This document shows, in pieces, positions 33,450 through 42,529 of a stretch of DNA of 64,000 nt (the first letter of the stretch is position 1; each line of letters begins with the position of its first letter). Origin of the DNA: Trueperaceae bacterium (GTDB lineage: Bacteria > Deinococcota > Deinococci > Deinococcales > Trueperaceae); the NCBI GenBank assembly GCA_965213645.1, contig CBDBZX010000010.1, positions 93,712 through 157,711 of the forward strand, in the 5' to 3' direction. The translations under genes were made by a program, and so were the position numbers. Below the pieces are notes generated by a model. It saw only the letters and a list, made by a program, of their open reading frames with translations. It was not told the DNA's origin and did no database searches.

Positions 33450-35462
33450 TTACAACGTTACGCCAACTTCACGCAGAGCGCGGTAGAGACGCGCCGAGAG
33501 CGAGCGCACATAGCTCGCCGTCAGGTGGTTCCGGTCCCTAAACAGCACGCGCTCCGCTGTCTCAGCTACGCATACCTCTTCAGGACACAAGAGGGGTGTC
33601 AAGTCGAGCAGGTAGACGTTGTCAAAAGTGCTTGCTGCTTCCCTCTGCGCCCCGAACGCCACTACGTTGTTCGGATGATGAGGTGCGAAGTTGCATGACG
33701 TTTCACGCTCAGGAACGCCTAGTTTCTGCCGCCACGCGAGCCGCGACAAGCAGGCCGGAATATCGGTACCGGGGTGCGGAGAATCGCGAATCACGACGAT
33801 AGCTCGGGCCGTTGCCAAAGCGTCAAATATCCTTTCGCTACCTTTTTGCCAATCTTGCGCGTCGAGCACCCCGTAGTTGCTGAACGACGACATCACGACG
33901 AGGTCAGGGTCAGCGTCTCCAATCGCTGCTACAGCGTCTTCGCGCCACGTATCACATTCGGTGTAGTCGCGCCCGAGGCTCTTCGCGAAGAGCGTCACGT
34001 CGAGGGCTGGACAGCCGACTTTTATAAAGTAAAGAAGCCGCCAGTTCCGCTCCGCAACGACGGCTTGCAGGGCAGGAGCCCACTGCGCGGCGTGGCTGTC
34101 GCCGAAGAGCGCCACGGTGAAGGCTGCGTCTGCGGGTCCATCGCTGCATCCCGCCAAGCGGGTCTCCATACGCTGAACGGTGCAGCGCCAGTCGGAAAAT
34201 CGGGGTGTGTCAGCTCGAGCCTCCACATACCTCTTCTGCTCGGGGCTGCGTAACTCCGCCGCCACCACGCTCCACCACGACGCGCCGAGGCCGAGGGAGA
34301 AAACTGCAAGGACGCTCAGCAGCGTGAAGCCGTAGGACGTGCGGTTGAACGTGGGATTGCGGCGCACGGGGTTCTCCACGAGCCGATAGGACATCTCGGC
34401 GAAACCGAGTGAAACGGTAACGATGATGAGTTTCTGCGCCAGCGTGAGGTTGCTGTCAAACTCGGCGGCGAAGACCAGTGCGGGCCAATGCCAGAGATAC
34501 CACGAGTACGAAAGACGTCCGAAAAAGCGCAGGGGTCGCCAGGAGAGGACCTGAGCGAGCGACCTCTCAGTTTGCGCCGTACCTGCTCGGAGTACGAACA
34601 CCGTACCGAGCACCGGCAGCAGCGCCGTCCAGCCGGGAAAGGGCGTGCGCTCTGTGTAAAAGCTGCTTGCAAAAATGATAGCGGCGAGCCCCGCCCAGCC
34701 TAGAACTTGCGTGAAAATGGTTCGTCTCGGGCGAGACCGAACCTTTGGAACAAGCGCGCCGAGCCCACCGAACGCAAACTCCCACACCCGCGTCGGCGAC
34801 GAGAAGAACGCCCAATGCGTCTGCCCTGTCTCTACAAGAAAGAGCGTGAGCGCGAACGAGGCAGCCGCCACCACCGCCATTCCCCAGGTAAGGCGTCGGC
34901 GGTTCAACCTTGACGAGCCTCGAGCACGTTTGAGAAAGGCGCTCGAGCCCACCAACAACACGGACACAAGCATAGGCCAAACCAGATAAAACTGCTCCTC
35001 AACCGAGAGCGACCAGGTGTGCAGCAGCGGATTCGTATCGGCGTCCGCCGCCAAGTAATCCGTCGCCCGCAGACCGAAAAAGATATTGGATACATACGCT
35101 GCTGTTGCTACCGCCGTCTTAGCCATATCGACCTGCGCAAGCGGTGCGTAGAAAACGAAGGTAAAGCCCACGACGAAGACGAGGAGCAGCGCCGCAGCCG
35201 GGAGCAAACGGCGAGCGCGGCGGACGTAGAACCGCAAGAGGTCAACCGTGCCCGTCTCCTCGACCTCTTTCACCAAGATACTCGTGATGAGGTAACCCGA
35301 GAGGACGAAAAACACATCCACGCCGATGTAGCCGCCCGAGAAGCCCGGTACGCCTGCGTGGTAGAGGACGACGAGCAAGACGGCGATACCGCGAAGTCCT
35401 TCAATATCGGTGCGCCAGGGGAGTGTAGGAGGCGTGCGCTGTGCGATGCTGAGTCCTTCCAA
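33450..35462 (-). CDS. Acyltransferase-3 family membrane O-acyltransferase with C-terminal SGNH-like domain (OafA/YrhL-like)
   Basis: 670 aa. IEGLRGIAVLLVVLYHAG...FFVLSGYLIT, about 10 TM helices, soluble C-terminal domain. Confidence 0.8.
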   Translation of the reverse strand: MEGLSIAQRTPPTLPWRTDIEGLRGIAVLLVVLYHAGVPGFSGGYIGVDVFFVLSGYLITSILVKEVEETGTVDLLRFYVRRARRLLPAAALLLVFVVGFTFVFYAPLAQVDMAKTAVATAAYVSNIFFGLRATDYLAADADTNPLLHTWSLSVEEQFYLVWPMLVSVLLVGSSAFLKRARGSSRLNRRRLTWGMAVVAAASFALTLFLVETGQTHWAFFSSPTRVWEFAFGGLGALVPKVRSRPRRTIFTQVLGWAGLAAIIFASSFYTERTPFPGWTALLPVLGTVFVLRAGTAQTERSLAQVLSWRPLRFFGRLSYSWYLWHWPALVFAAEFDSNLTLAQKLIIVTVSLGFAEMSYRLVENPVRRNPTFNRTSYGFTLLSVLAVFSLGLGASWWSVVAAELRSPEQKRYVEARADTPRFSDWRCTVQRMETRLAGCSDGPADAAFTVALFGDSHAAQWAPALQAVVAERNWRLLYFIKVGCPALDVTLFAKSLGRDYTECDTWREDAVAAIGDADPDLVVMSSFSNYGVLDAQDWQKGSERIFDALATARAIVVIRDSPHPGTDIPACLSRLAWRQKLGVPERETSCNFAPHHPNNVVAFGAQREAASTFDNVYLLDLTPLLCPEEVCVAETAERVLFRDRNHLTASYVRSLSARLYRALREVGVTL

Positions 35463-35575
35463 GAGGTGAATTTGTGCGATTCGCTAAGCTATCAAAGTTT
35501 CTGTAGGCTTAGCAGTCTACCTTTTTACCTCTTGATGCAATTAACACCGTGAGTGATTGGGGGCTCGAGCCACTT

Positions 35576-36019
35576 CTAACGCTCGAGACCCTCCAAGTCG
35601 AGTAAATCCTGCGGTCTCCCCGCTGCCCGTTTCGCTTTTATGAGATCAACTTTGGAGATGAAGTGCATCTCTTCTCCGGCGAGAATCACGGTTTCTCGGT
35701 TCCGCCACGCTTCTGCGAAGTCAACGCCTGGGATGGACATAAGCACGTCAACCCGTAGCGGCGGAGCGCCCATCTGATAGAAGTAGCCCTCTTCAGCAAA
35801 ATCTTGCGGTGTGAGGTTTTCAAGAGGTGCGCCGAATTCGGCAAGCGCGGCGTAAATCGCCCTAGCGTTTTTGTCATCAACTGCGATGAGCAAGTCCAAG
35901 TCCTTTGTAAATCTTGGCTCACTGTAGCGCATCACCGCGTAGCCACCGACGATCAAATAACGAACCTCATATCTTCCCAAAAGTCTCAACAGTTCTCTGA
36001 AGTCGGGGCTCGTCAGCAT
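35576..36019 (-). CDS. Small nucleotidyltransferase-fold protein (MNT/AbiEii-like GG...DLD motif)
   Basis: 147 aa. YLIVGGYAVMRYSEPRFTKDLDLLI. Overlaps the upstream 63-aa ORF by 53 nt. Confidence 0.5.
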   Translation of the reverse strand: MLTSPDFRELLRLLGRYEVRYLIVGGYAVMRYSEPRFTKDLDLLIAVDDKNARAIYAALAEFGAPLENLTPQDFAEEGYFYQMGAPPLRVDVLMSIPGVDFAEAWRNRETVILAGEEMHFISKVDLIKAKRAAGRPQDLLDLEGLER

Positions 36020-36158
36020 AGCCTTCCTTTAGAAGAAGATAGTCTTTGATGAGTTGGGTGGCGGCCTCGAAGAGAACTTCGGGGGGTTGGCTCTGCCAAA
36101 AGGCGATGTCGAAGTCGTCCTCCTCGCCTAATTTGCCGTAGTTTTCTCTGATGGGCAT
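35967..36158 (-). CDS. 63-aa hypothetical partner protein of the nucleotidyltransferase-fold gene
   Basis: Overlapping two-gene arrangement. Acidic small protein ending ...PRLQRTVETFGKI. Confidence 0.4.
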   Translation of the reverse strand: MPIRENYGKLGEEDDFDIAFWQSQPPEVLFEAATQLIKDYLLLKEGYADEPRLQRTVETFGKI

Positions 36159-36199
36159 ACTTCAATTCTAGCGCATATTGGAGGCTGAGGCTCGAGTGA

Positions 36200-36535
36200 T
36201 TACGAAAATAGCAGAGGCTCGAGCTTGTCTAAGACCTCTTCAACAACTTCGGTTGGCAAACTCGTAATGAAGTCAACTTGACGAACACGCCAATCTAAAC
36301 TTTTTATTTGGTTGACGAGAACGACGCCCGAAACCGCTTCACCTTTCGGAATGGAGACTTCAAACGGATAGCCCTTAATTTGGTTAGTAATCGGACAAAA
36401 AAGGGCTAAGCCGCTTCTGCGATTGTAGAGAGAAGGTGATAGAACTAGAGCAGGACGCCTACCCGCTTGCTCGTGACCTCTCTGCGGATTGAAGTCGAGC
36501 CACACGGCGTCGCCGCGTTCAGGAACATAGGCCAC
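36200..36535 (-). CDS. mazF: MazF/PemK-family endoribonuclease toxin
   Basis: PERGDAVWLDFNPQRGHEQAGRRPALVLSP...CPITNQIKGYPFEV. Confidence 0.85.
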   Translation of the reverse strand: MAYVPERGDAVWLDFNPQRGHEQAGRRPALVLSPSLYNRRSGLALFCPITNQIKGYPFEVSIPKGEAVSGVVLVNQIKSLDWRVRQVDFITSLPTEVVEEVLDKLEPLLFS

Positions 36536-36538
36536 CTC

Positions 36539-36793
36539 TTACCAAACCTCATTCCCTACGGGCCCCCCCGTATCTATTTCGGCGTGCGTGTTTTCTTCGG
36601 TGATGCCTTCTACAAGCTGCTCGAGCGAATACTTCGACCTTCTAATGGGCGTGCTAACGGGTGTGACGACTAACTTGCCCTCGACTAAAGTCAAGTCAAC
36701 TTCGGTGTCGGGCCCCATCTTCGTTTCTGCCGCGAATGATTTAGGGATGCGTAAGGCTAAGCTGTTACCCCACTTTTGCACTTTGGTTTTCAT
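36539..36793 (-). CDS. mazE: MazE-type antitoxin (AbrB/SpoVT fold)
   Basis: MKTKVQKWGNSLALRIPKSF. Its stop lies 3 nt upstream of the mazF start. The track ORF starts at 36814. Confidence 0.8.
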   Translation of the reverse strand: MKTKVQKWGNSLALRIPKSFAAETKMGPDTEVDLTLVEGKLVVTPVSTPIRRSKYSLEQLVEGITEENTHAEIDTGGPVGNEVW

Positions 36794-36952
36794 AAAACCT
36801 CCAAGTAGATACAAAGAGTATACAACGTTTCGGAGGGGAGGAGAGTTTGACTCGAGCGACCTCTTGGAGATAAGGGGTAGTGGTGTTGGGGCTCGAGGTT
36901 TTATAAGAACAGCACATTTCAGATGACCGAACAGATAAAAATCTTAACTAGT

Positions 36953-38044
36953 TTACTTTGGAGTAGAAAAATCTGCTGGCTCGAAGTTATCATGAGACCA
37001 TTCTAATGAGTTTGAAATAAATTGATAGGCTACTTCGATATCTCTATACTGTCTCTGACCAAACTCTAACCCCGCCTTTTGTTTTATCTGTACAGCCGGG
37101 TGAACGTAGTTTCGAGTACCTCGCAGAATGTGTGCGATATGTCTACCATTGGCAATAAAGCGCCCAGTTTCAAAATTAGGAAGCCATCCAGCACTGGCAC
37201 AGACATCTATCAATATTTCGAGTTTCCAATCGAGAGGATTTTTCGACTTGAACTTTTTCCTTGTCAACCCCATCTTTTTAAGAGTCTTCCGAACATCTTC
37301 TTCATTTTCAATACAAGTAATAATTAAACGTGCTTCAATTGCTGAGCAAAGCATAATACTAGCGCTCAAGTAAGCTCCATTAGCCGCGCTTAGTGAAGCA
37401 TTACGTTCATAAACCGCTGCCAACTCTTGAAGTCTTTCTACCTCTTCTTTAAGATGCACCGATTTTCGCCCGACATTATGAAGTTCATCAAATCTTTGGC
37501 GATCAGTAGCATAAAGCCTTGCTATATCCAGCACGCCAAATTCGACAAATGTTTCTGCAAGTTTTTTATCTAACGCCTTGTCATACTGAGCGCTTAACGC
37601 TTGGTAACTTTCAGGTGCATCGTCGGGAGCCCAATGCTCGTCATCATCCAACCCGTATGTCTTTTCAATCGCATTCATCTTTTCGGCAATTGGGTCAAGA
37701 ATGTCACTATAGCGACCATAAAGCCATCTTCTTTCATGTACAAGGACTTCAACTGCATAGCATCTACGAAATATATGCTCATGTTCAGATATTTGATTAG
37801 CTTCGTAAAGTGCATCTGCAAATTTAATGTGTACTATGGCGCGTTCACTGGAGTCATTAGAATCGAGCTGTTCTAATATGGTTTCGTCTTTCAAGAATTC
37901 GGTGAGCTTTTCTACATTCTCTTCTCGGACCTCAAGATAGCGAATAGCTTCAATTATCTTTTCTGGAATTTCTTTTGGGGTAGAGAAATCTTTCATAACT
38001 AACTGTAATTCTATCCCGTTTCGCCTTACAGTTTCATAAAACAT
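36953..38044 (-). CDS. 363-aa protein of unknown function in an AT-rich islet; C-terminal helical region is possibly HEPN-like
   Basis: Only long ORF in a segment that is visibly much more AT-rich than its flanks. C-terminal pattern SAIEARL...LEILIDVCASAGWLP...HILRGTRNYVHP (R-x6-H). Confidence 0.55.
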   Translation of the reverse strand: MFYETVRRNGIELQLVMKDFSTPKEIPEKIIEAIRYLEVREENVEKLTEFLKDETILEQLDSNDSSERAIVHIKFADALYEANQISEHEHIFRRCYAVEVLVHERRWLYGRYSDILDPIAEKMNAIEKTYGLDDDEHWAPDDAPESYQALSAQYDKALDKKLAETFVEFGVLDIARLYATDRQRFDELHNVGRKSVHLKEEVERLQELAAVYERNASLSAANGAYLSASIMLCSAIEARLIITCIENEEDVRKTLKKMGLTRKKFKSKNPLDWKLEILIDVCASAGWLPNFETGRFIANGRHIAHILRGTRNYVHPAVQIKQKAGLEFGQRQYRDIEVAYQFISNSLEWSHDNFEPADFSTPK

Positions 38045-38062
38045 AGCAAGTGCCGCATACTG

Positions 38063-38094
38063 TAAGAAAGCAGGGGCATTTCACATGCCCCTGC
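38063..38094 (-). terminator. Rho-independent terminator of pruA
   Basis: 10-bp perfect stem gcaggggcat / atgcccctgc followed on the minus strand by ctttctt. Starts 16 nt after the pruA stop. Confidence 0.7.
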
Positions 38095-38109
38095 CACTTC
38101 CACAAACCT

Positions 38110-39678
38110 CTAAAACCGCTCCACCACCGTCTTCATCTCCATAAACAACCGCAGATAGTCCGGCCCCCCCGCCTTCGAGTTCGTCCCGGAGAGCTTATAC
38201 CCACCAAAGGGCTGAATGCCAACCAACGCCCCGGTGATGCTGCGGTTAAAGTAGAGGTTCCCAACCTGAAACTCACGCCGTGCCTGCTCCAAGCGTGCGC
38301 GGCTCTTGCTAATCACGCCACCTGTGAGCCCGTAAACCGTCGCGTTGGCAATCTCTAAGGCGTGGTCGAAGTCTCGAGCTTTCATGACCGAGACGACGGG
38401 GCCGAAGATTTCCTCGCAGGCGATGGACGCGCTTTGCGGCACGTCGGCGAAGACGGTAGGCTGAATGAAGTGACCTTCGTCACCTGCGCGTTCGCCCCCC
38501 GCCACGAGCTTCGCCTCGACCTTGCCGTTGTCGATGTAGCCCATGATCTTATCCACCGCTTTTTGATTGATAACGGCGGCGACGTCGGGGTTCTCTTCGG
38601 CGGGGCCGACTTTGAGGGCTTCCACGCGCCCGGTGAACTTCTCTAAAAATTCGTCGTAGACCTCTTGCACCACGATGAGGCGGCTCATCGCGGAGCACTT
38701 CTGACCCTGAAAGCCGTAGCCGCTCGCCGCCGCGACCTCTGCCGCGTAGTCGAGGTCAGCGGTCTCGTCCACGATGAGGGCGTCTTTGCCGCCCATCTCC
38801 AAGCAGACGCGCTTGATCCATTTCTGACCGGGCTGCACCTTCGCGGCGCGTTCGTTGATGCGCAGACCCGTCGCCACCGAGCCCGTAAAGTTGATGAAGC
38901 GCGTGCGTGGATGGTCAACCAAAGCGTCGCCGAGTTCGGCGTCGTCGCCCGTCAAGAGGTTGATGACGCCCGGCGGAAAGCCCGCCTCTTCAACGCACTC
39001 CATGAATTTCTGCGCGATAATCACGGTATCGGGCGAGGGCTTGAGGATGACGGTGTTGCCGACAGCGACAGGGCCGATGGTCGTACCTGTCAAGATAGCG
39101 AGCAAGAAGTTCCAGGGCGGGATGACGACGCCGACGCCGATAGGGATATAGAACGAGGTATTCTCTTCGCCGGGGTAGTCGTAGGTGGGCAGGGGACCCT
39201 CTAATTTGAGAGATTCTCGAGCGTAATACTCCACAAAGTCAATCGCCTCAGCAACATCCGCTTCGGCCTCCTTATAGTTCTTCGCCGCTTCAAACGTCTC
39301 CCAAGCGGAGAGTTCGAACTTGCGGCGGCGCATGACGGCGGCGAGCTTCATCAAGGCTCTAGCGCGGTGCGCCATCGGCAGCCCTGACCAAGTCTCGAAC
39401 GCCTCCCACGCGGTATCCATCGCCTTTTCAATCTGCTTCTTCTTGCCCTTAGCGGTGCGCCCGACGACCTCTTCGGTTTTGCTGGGATTGTGGGACTCGA
39501 GCCACTCCCCCGTCTCGATCTTCTCGCCGCCAATCACGAGCGCATAGTCCTGCCCGAGTTGGTTGCGCACCTCGGCGAGCGCTTTCTGGTAGCTTTCGAC
39601 GACGTCGGGCTGACTAAAGTCCGAATACGGCTCAATGTTGTACGGTTCGAAAAGGTCATTCACGACTTGTTTCTCCAT
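38110..39678 (-). CDS. pruA: L-glutamate gamma-semialdehyde (1-pyrroline-5-carboxylate) dehydrogenase
   Basis: 522 aa aldehyde dehydrogenase. LEMGGKDA and FGFQGQKCSA motifs. RocA/PruA-type N-terminus. Adjacent to proline dehydrogenase. Confidence 0.85.
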   Translation of the reverse strand: MEKQVVNDLFEPYNIEPYSDFSQPDVVESYQKALAEVRNQLGQDYALVIGGEKIETGEWLESHNPSKTEEVVGRTAKGKKKQIEKAMDTAWEAFETWSGLPMAHRARALMKLAAVMRRRKFELSAWETFEAAKNYKEAEADVAEAIDFVEYYARESLKLEGPLPTYDYPGEENTSFYIPIGVGVVIPPWNFLLAILTGTTIGPVAVGNTVILKPSPDTVIIAQKFMECVEEAGFPPGVINLLTGDDAELGDALVDHPRTRFINFTGSVATGLRINERAAKVQPGQKWIKRVCLEMGGKDALIVDETADLDYAAEVAAASGYGFQGQKCSAMSRLIVVQEVYDEFLEKFTGRVEALKVGPAEENPDVAAVINQKAVDKIMGYIDNGKVEAKLVAGGERAGDEGHFIQPTVFADVPQSASIACEEIFGPVVSVMKARDFDHALEIANATVYGLTGGVISKSRARLEQARREFQVGNLYFNRSITGALVGIQPFGGYKLSGTNSKAGGPDYLRLFMEMKTVVERF

Positions 39679-39701
39679 ATCGCTATCTCCTATATAGAAT
39701 G

Positions 39702-39735
39702 AAAAAAGGTGTCTGTTGCAGCTTGCAACGACACC
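39702..39735 (-). promoter_or_regulatory. Terminator-like hairpin + U-tract located 24 nt upstream of the pruA start codon
   Basis: Minus strand: ggtgtcgttgcaagctgcaacagacacc tttttt cattctatataggagatagcgat ATG. Confidence 0.5.
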
Positions 39736-39893
39736 CTATCAGGAATGAAGGGTTTGGAGCTAGAGGTTAGGTCAGAGAGGGTGCTCGAGGTGACAAGCCG
39801 CAGCAGATAAAGCTCAGCACCTCACCAGAATTCCCCTAGAGGCTCGAGTATAAATACCGACGCCCGCCTGCCAAATTCCTACTTCTTACCTCT

Positions 39894-40823
39894 CTAACCC
39901 AACAGACCTCTCGCCACAAAGAGCAAATTCGCGGGACGCTCCGCTAAGCGGCGGCTGAAATAGCCGTACCAGTCCTCGCCGTAAGGAATGTAGATGCGCA
40001 CCACATGACCTCTTTCGACCAAGGCTTTTTGCAAGGTCGGCTTGACGCCGTACAAAAACTGATACTCGTAACGCTCCGGTCCCAAGCCTGCGCCGCGAAT
40101 GTACGCCTCGCTCTCGCGGATGATCGCCTCGTCGTGGGTGGCGATGCCGATCTTTGCGCCGCCCCCCAACCCCACATAAATCATCTCGCGGAGCTGATTG
40201 TCCACGTCGATTTTATCCTGATAAGCGACATCGTCGCCTTCTAAGTACGCGCCCTTAACGACGCGAACTGTCGGCTTGGGGTCTAGCTCCAACAAACCCT
40301 TGAGGTCGTCCAGCGTCCGGTAGAGGTAACTCTGCAATACGGTTGAGACGTGGTGATACCCCTCGTTGTGGAGCGCTTTATAGAGGTCTAGCGTGCCGTC
40401 AACATAGGGGACGTTTTCCATATCCAAACAGATGTCGGCGTCTATTTCTCTTGCGCGTTCGGCGACGCGGCGAGCATTTTTGAGGGCCAGCTCTAAGCTC
40501 ACCCCGAGACCTAGCTGCGTCGGCTTGACGCTCATGTAGCGCTCGACCTCTTCACCCTCGAGCCCGTCTAGCGTGGCGAGAATCTCTCTCGTCATCGCCT
40601 CTGCGCCCTCTTCGGTGTCCACGAATTCACCCAAGAGGTCCAAGATGGACTTGAGGTCTTTTTGCTGTAACTCGCGCACCGACCCTAACACGTCCGTGAG
40701 CGACTCGCCGGCGACAAAGCGCCCGACACCGAGCCGCCAGCCCTGCTTCTTGATGAAGTTCGACACGGGGGGCGCGTCGGCGACGCCTAAAACGCTGCTC
40801 TTATAAACTGAGGCAAAACTCAC
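39894..40823 (-). CDS. Monofunctional proline dehydrogenase
   Basis: 309 aa. C-terminal VRIYIPYGEDWYGYFSRRLAERPANLLF, typical of PRODH. Confidence 0.85.
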   Translation of the reverse strand: MSFASVYKSSVLGVADAPPVSNFIKKQGWRLGVGRFVAGESLTDVLGSVRELQQKDLKSILDLLGEFVDTEEGAEAMTREILATLDGLEGEEVERYMSVKPTQLGLGVSLELALKNARRVAERAREIDADICLDMENVPYVDGTLDLYKALHNEGYHHVSTVLQSYLYRTLDDLKGLLELDPKPTVRVVKGAYLEGDDVAYQDKIDVDNQLREMIYVGLGGGAKIGIATHDEAIIRESEAYIRGAGLGPERYEYQFLYGVKPTLQKALVERGHVVRIYIPYGEDWYGYFSRRLAERPANLLFVARGLLG

Positions 40824-41133
40824 ATCTCACCTGCCGCGTCGGGGTAGAGGTTGCGTGAAAATGGTGTATTTGTTACATCTATAGGTGTAGGGGTCATGGA
40901 CTATTGTAGCGAATACCGGGGAGGTTCACAAGATGAGACTTGTAGTAATTTGGTGTGAACGCGACCTGACATGGCTAGACCTACATGACGAGTACTTGGT
41001 AAACAAGTACTGATAAAGTAAAACTTCGCATAGCCGCGCATAGTGCGTACTGATAAGCTCGAGGTGTGAACCGGATGTCAACCTTCGTCTATACTTTTTC
41101 TATATATGTGCTTATGTACTCGAGAGAGGTCGT

Positions 41134-41793
41134 GTGAAACTCTTTTTTATCCGCCACGGCGAGACCGATTGGCACGCACTAGAGGCGCGGGGCGTGCGCG
41201 GCTGGGCGCGTTCGTTTGCCCCTTTGACGCAGCTCGGTCGGATGCAGATCAGCGTGATCGCCAACGATTACCGCTTAGAGGAAGCCGAAGGGATTCTCTG
41301 CTCGTCGTACGCACGAGCCCTGGAGTCCGCCGGTATTTTGAGCCGTTCGCTCAATCAGCCCTTCTACGTCGAATACGACCTGCACGAATGGCTACCGCAA
41401 AAAGACCCCTTGGGTGACGTGGACGAGCAAATTCAGCAAGAGGCGAATAAGCAGCTAAGCTACTACACAGGCTTTATCCCCTTCGCCGACAGACGTATGA
41501 ACCGCGAGGGTAGCGCCCCGCAAGTGGATCGCCGCACGCCCGTGCGTGAACGCGAAGTGCCGCCGCCCGAAGCCCGCAGTTGGGAGAGCGTCGAAGAGGT
41601 GCGCGAGCGCGTCTTGAGCGTCTTGAGCCGCTACCAGCACATGCAAACCCTCATCGTCGTGTCACACGCGGTGGTGATTACCAGTATGTTAGGGCAGCAG
41701 CGACAGATTGAGCACGCCGAAATCGTGCCGATGCACGTGGATTTTAGCGGGCCGACGCCTGTGATTAGTGAGTTGCGGGAGCAGGTAGGGTAA
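41134..41793 (+). CDS. Histidine phosphatase family protein (phosphoglycerate-mutase-like)
   Basis: KLFFIRHGETDWH, with a later VVSHAVV. Confidence 0.75.
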   Translation: MKLFFIRHGETDWHALEARGVRGWARSFAPLTQLGRMQISVIANDYRLEEAEGILCSSYARALESAGILSRSLNQPFYVEYDLHEWLPQKDPLGDVDEQIQQEANKQLSYYTGFIPFADRRMNREGSAPQVDRRTPVREREVPPPEARSWESVEEVRERVLSVLSRYQHMQTLIVVSHAVVITSMLGQQRQIEHAEIVPMHVDFSGPTPVISELREQVG

Positions 41794-41799
41794 AAAGAC

Positions 41800-41894
41800 A
41801 GTTAAAAGTGATGAGCAACGAGCAATGAGTGAAAGGCTAAAACTCACCGCTCGTCCAGCTTGACTGGATTGCTCTTTGCTTTTAACTCATTGCT
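41800..41894 (+). repeat. Dispersed hairpin repeat element (single copy) with core ctcaccgctcgtccagcttgactggatt
   Basis: Termini gttaaaag/cttttaac and agcaatgagt/actcattgct are self-complementary. The core matches 53518-53545 and 53578-53605. Confidence 0.75.
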
Positions 41895-41945
41895 ATCTTG
41901 TTTTACACTGCTGCATGTTCTCCCATCCCCTAGTTTTAGAAGGTA

Positions 41946-42518
41946 ATGTCGTTCGGCTCGAGCCCCTTAGAAGAAACCCACACCGCGCCGCTTATGGAGA
42001 TTGCCAGGGCGACCCCTGAGCTGTTTCGCTACACCTCGACGCCCGTCACGGACGAACAAGCTGAAGCGTACTTTGAGCGGGCCTTTAGAGAGCGCGAGCA
42101 GGGGAGAGCGTATCCCTTCGTGCTCGTGCATAAGCCGAGCGGTGACATTGTTGGGACGAGCCGCTTTGCGGACATCTTGTGGCATCACCGGAACGCTGAA
42201 CTCGGCTATACCTGGCTGACGCCCCAGGTGCAGGGAACAAGCGTCAACGTAGAGAGTAAGTATCTGATGCTCAAACACGCCTTTGAAGCCTTGGACTTCT
42301 TGCGCGTCCACATCATCACCGACACGCGTAACACGCATTCGCAGCGGGCGATTCGCGCCCTCGGCGCAACCTACGAGGGGACATTGCGGGCGCATCACAT
42401 TGCTAAAGGGAATTACATTCGGGACACGATGGTTTTTTCCATCATCTATAGCGAATGGCCTGAGGTTAAGGAGCGTTTAGAGAAACGAACCGAAGCGAAG
42501 TCAAGAGGTCGAGACTAA
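41946..42518 (+). CDS. GNAT-family N-acetyltransferase (RimJ/RimL-like)
   Basis: 190 aa. Typical Acetyltransf_3-like pattern ...AELGYTWL...GTSVNVESKYLMLKHAFE.... Confidence 0.7.
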   Translation: MSFGSSPLEETHTAPLMEIARATPELFRYTSTPVTDEQAEAYFERAFREREQGRAYPFVLVHKPSGDIVGTSRFADILWHHRNAELGYTWLTPQVQGTSVNVESKYLMLKHAFEALDFLRVHIITDTRNTHSQRAIRALGATYEGTLRAHHIAKGNYIRDTMVFSIIYSEWPEVKERLEKRTEAKSRGRD

Positions 42519-42529
42519 CGAGGGGTGAT

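Noticed and set aside
36815-38062. Calling the AT-rich islet a mobile element
   Set aside because: No integrase or transposase, no tRNA target and no flanking direct or inverted repeats could be seen. It is reported only as compositionally foreign.
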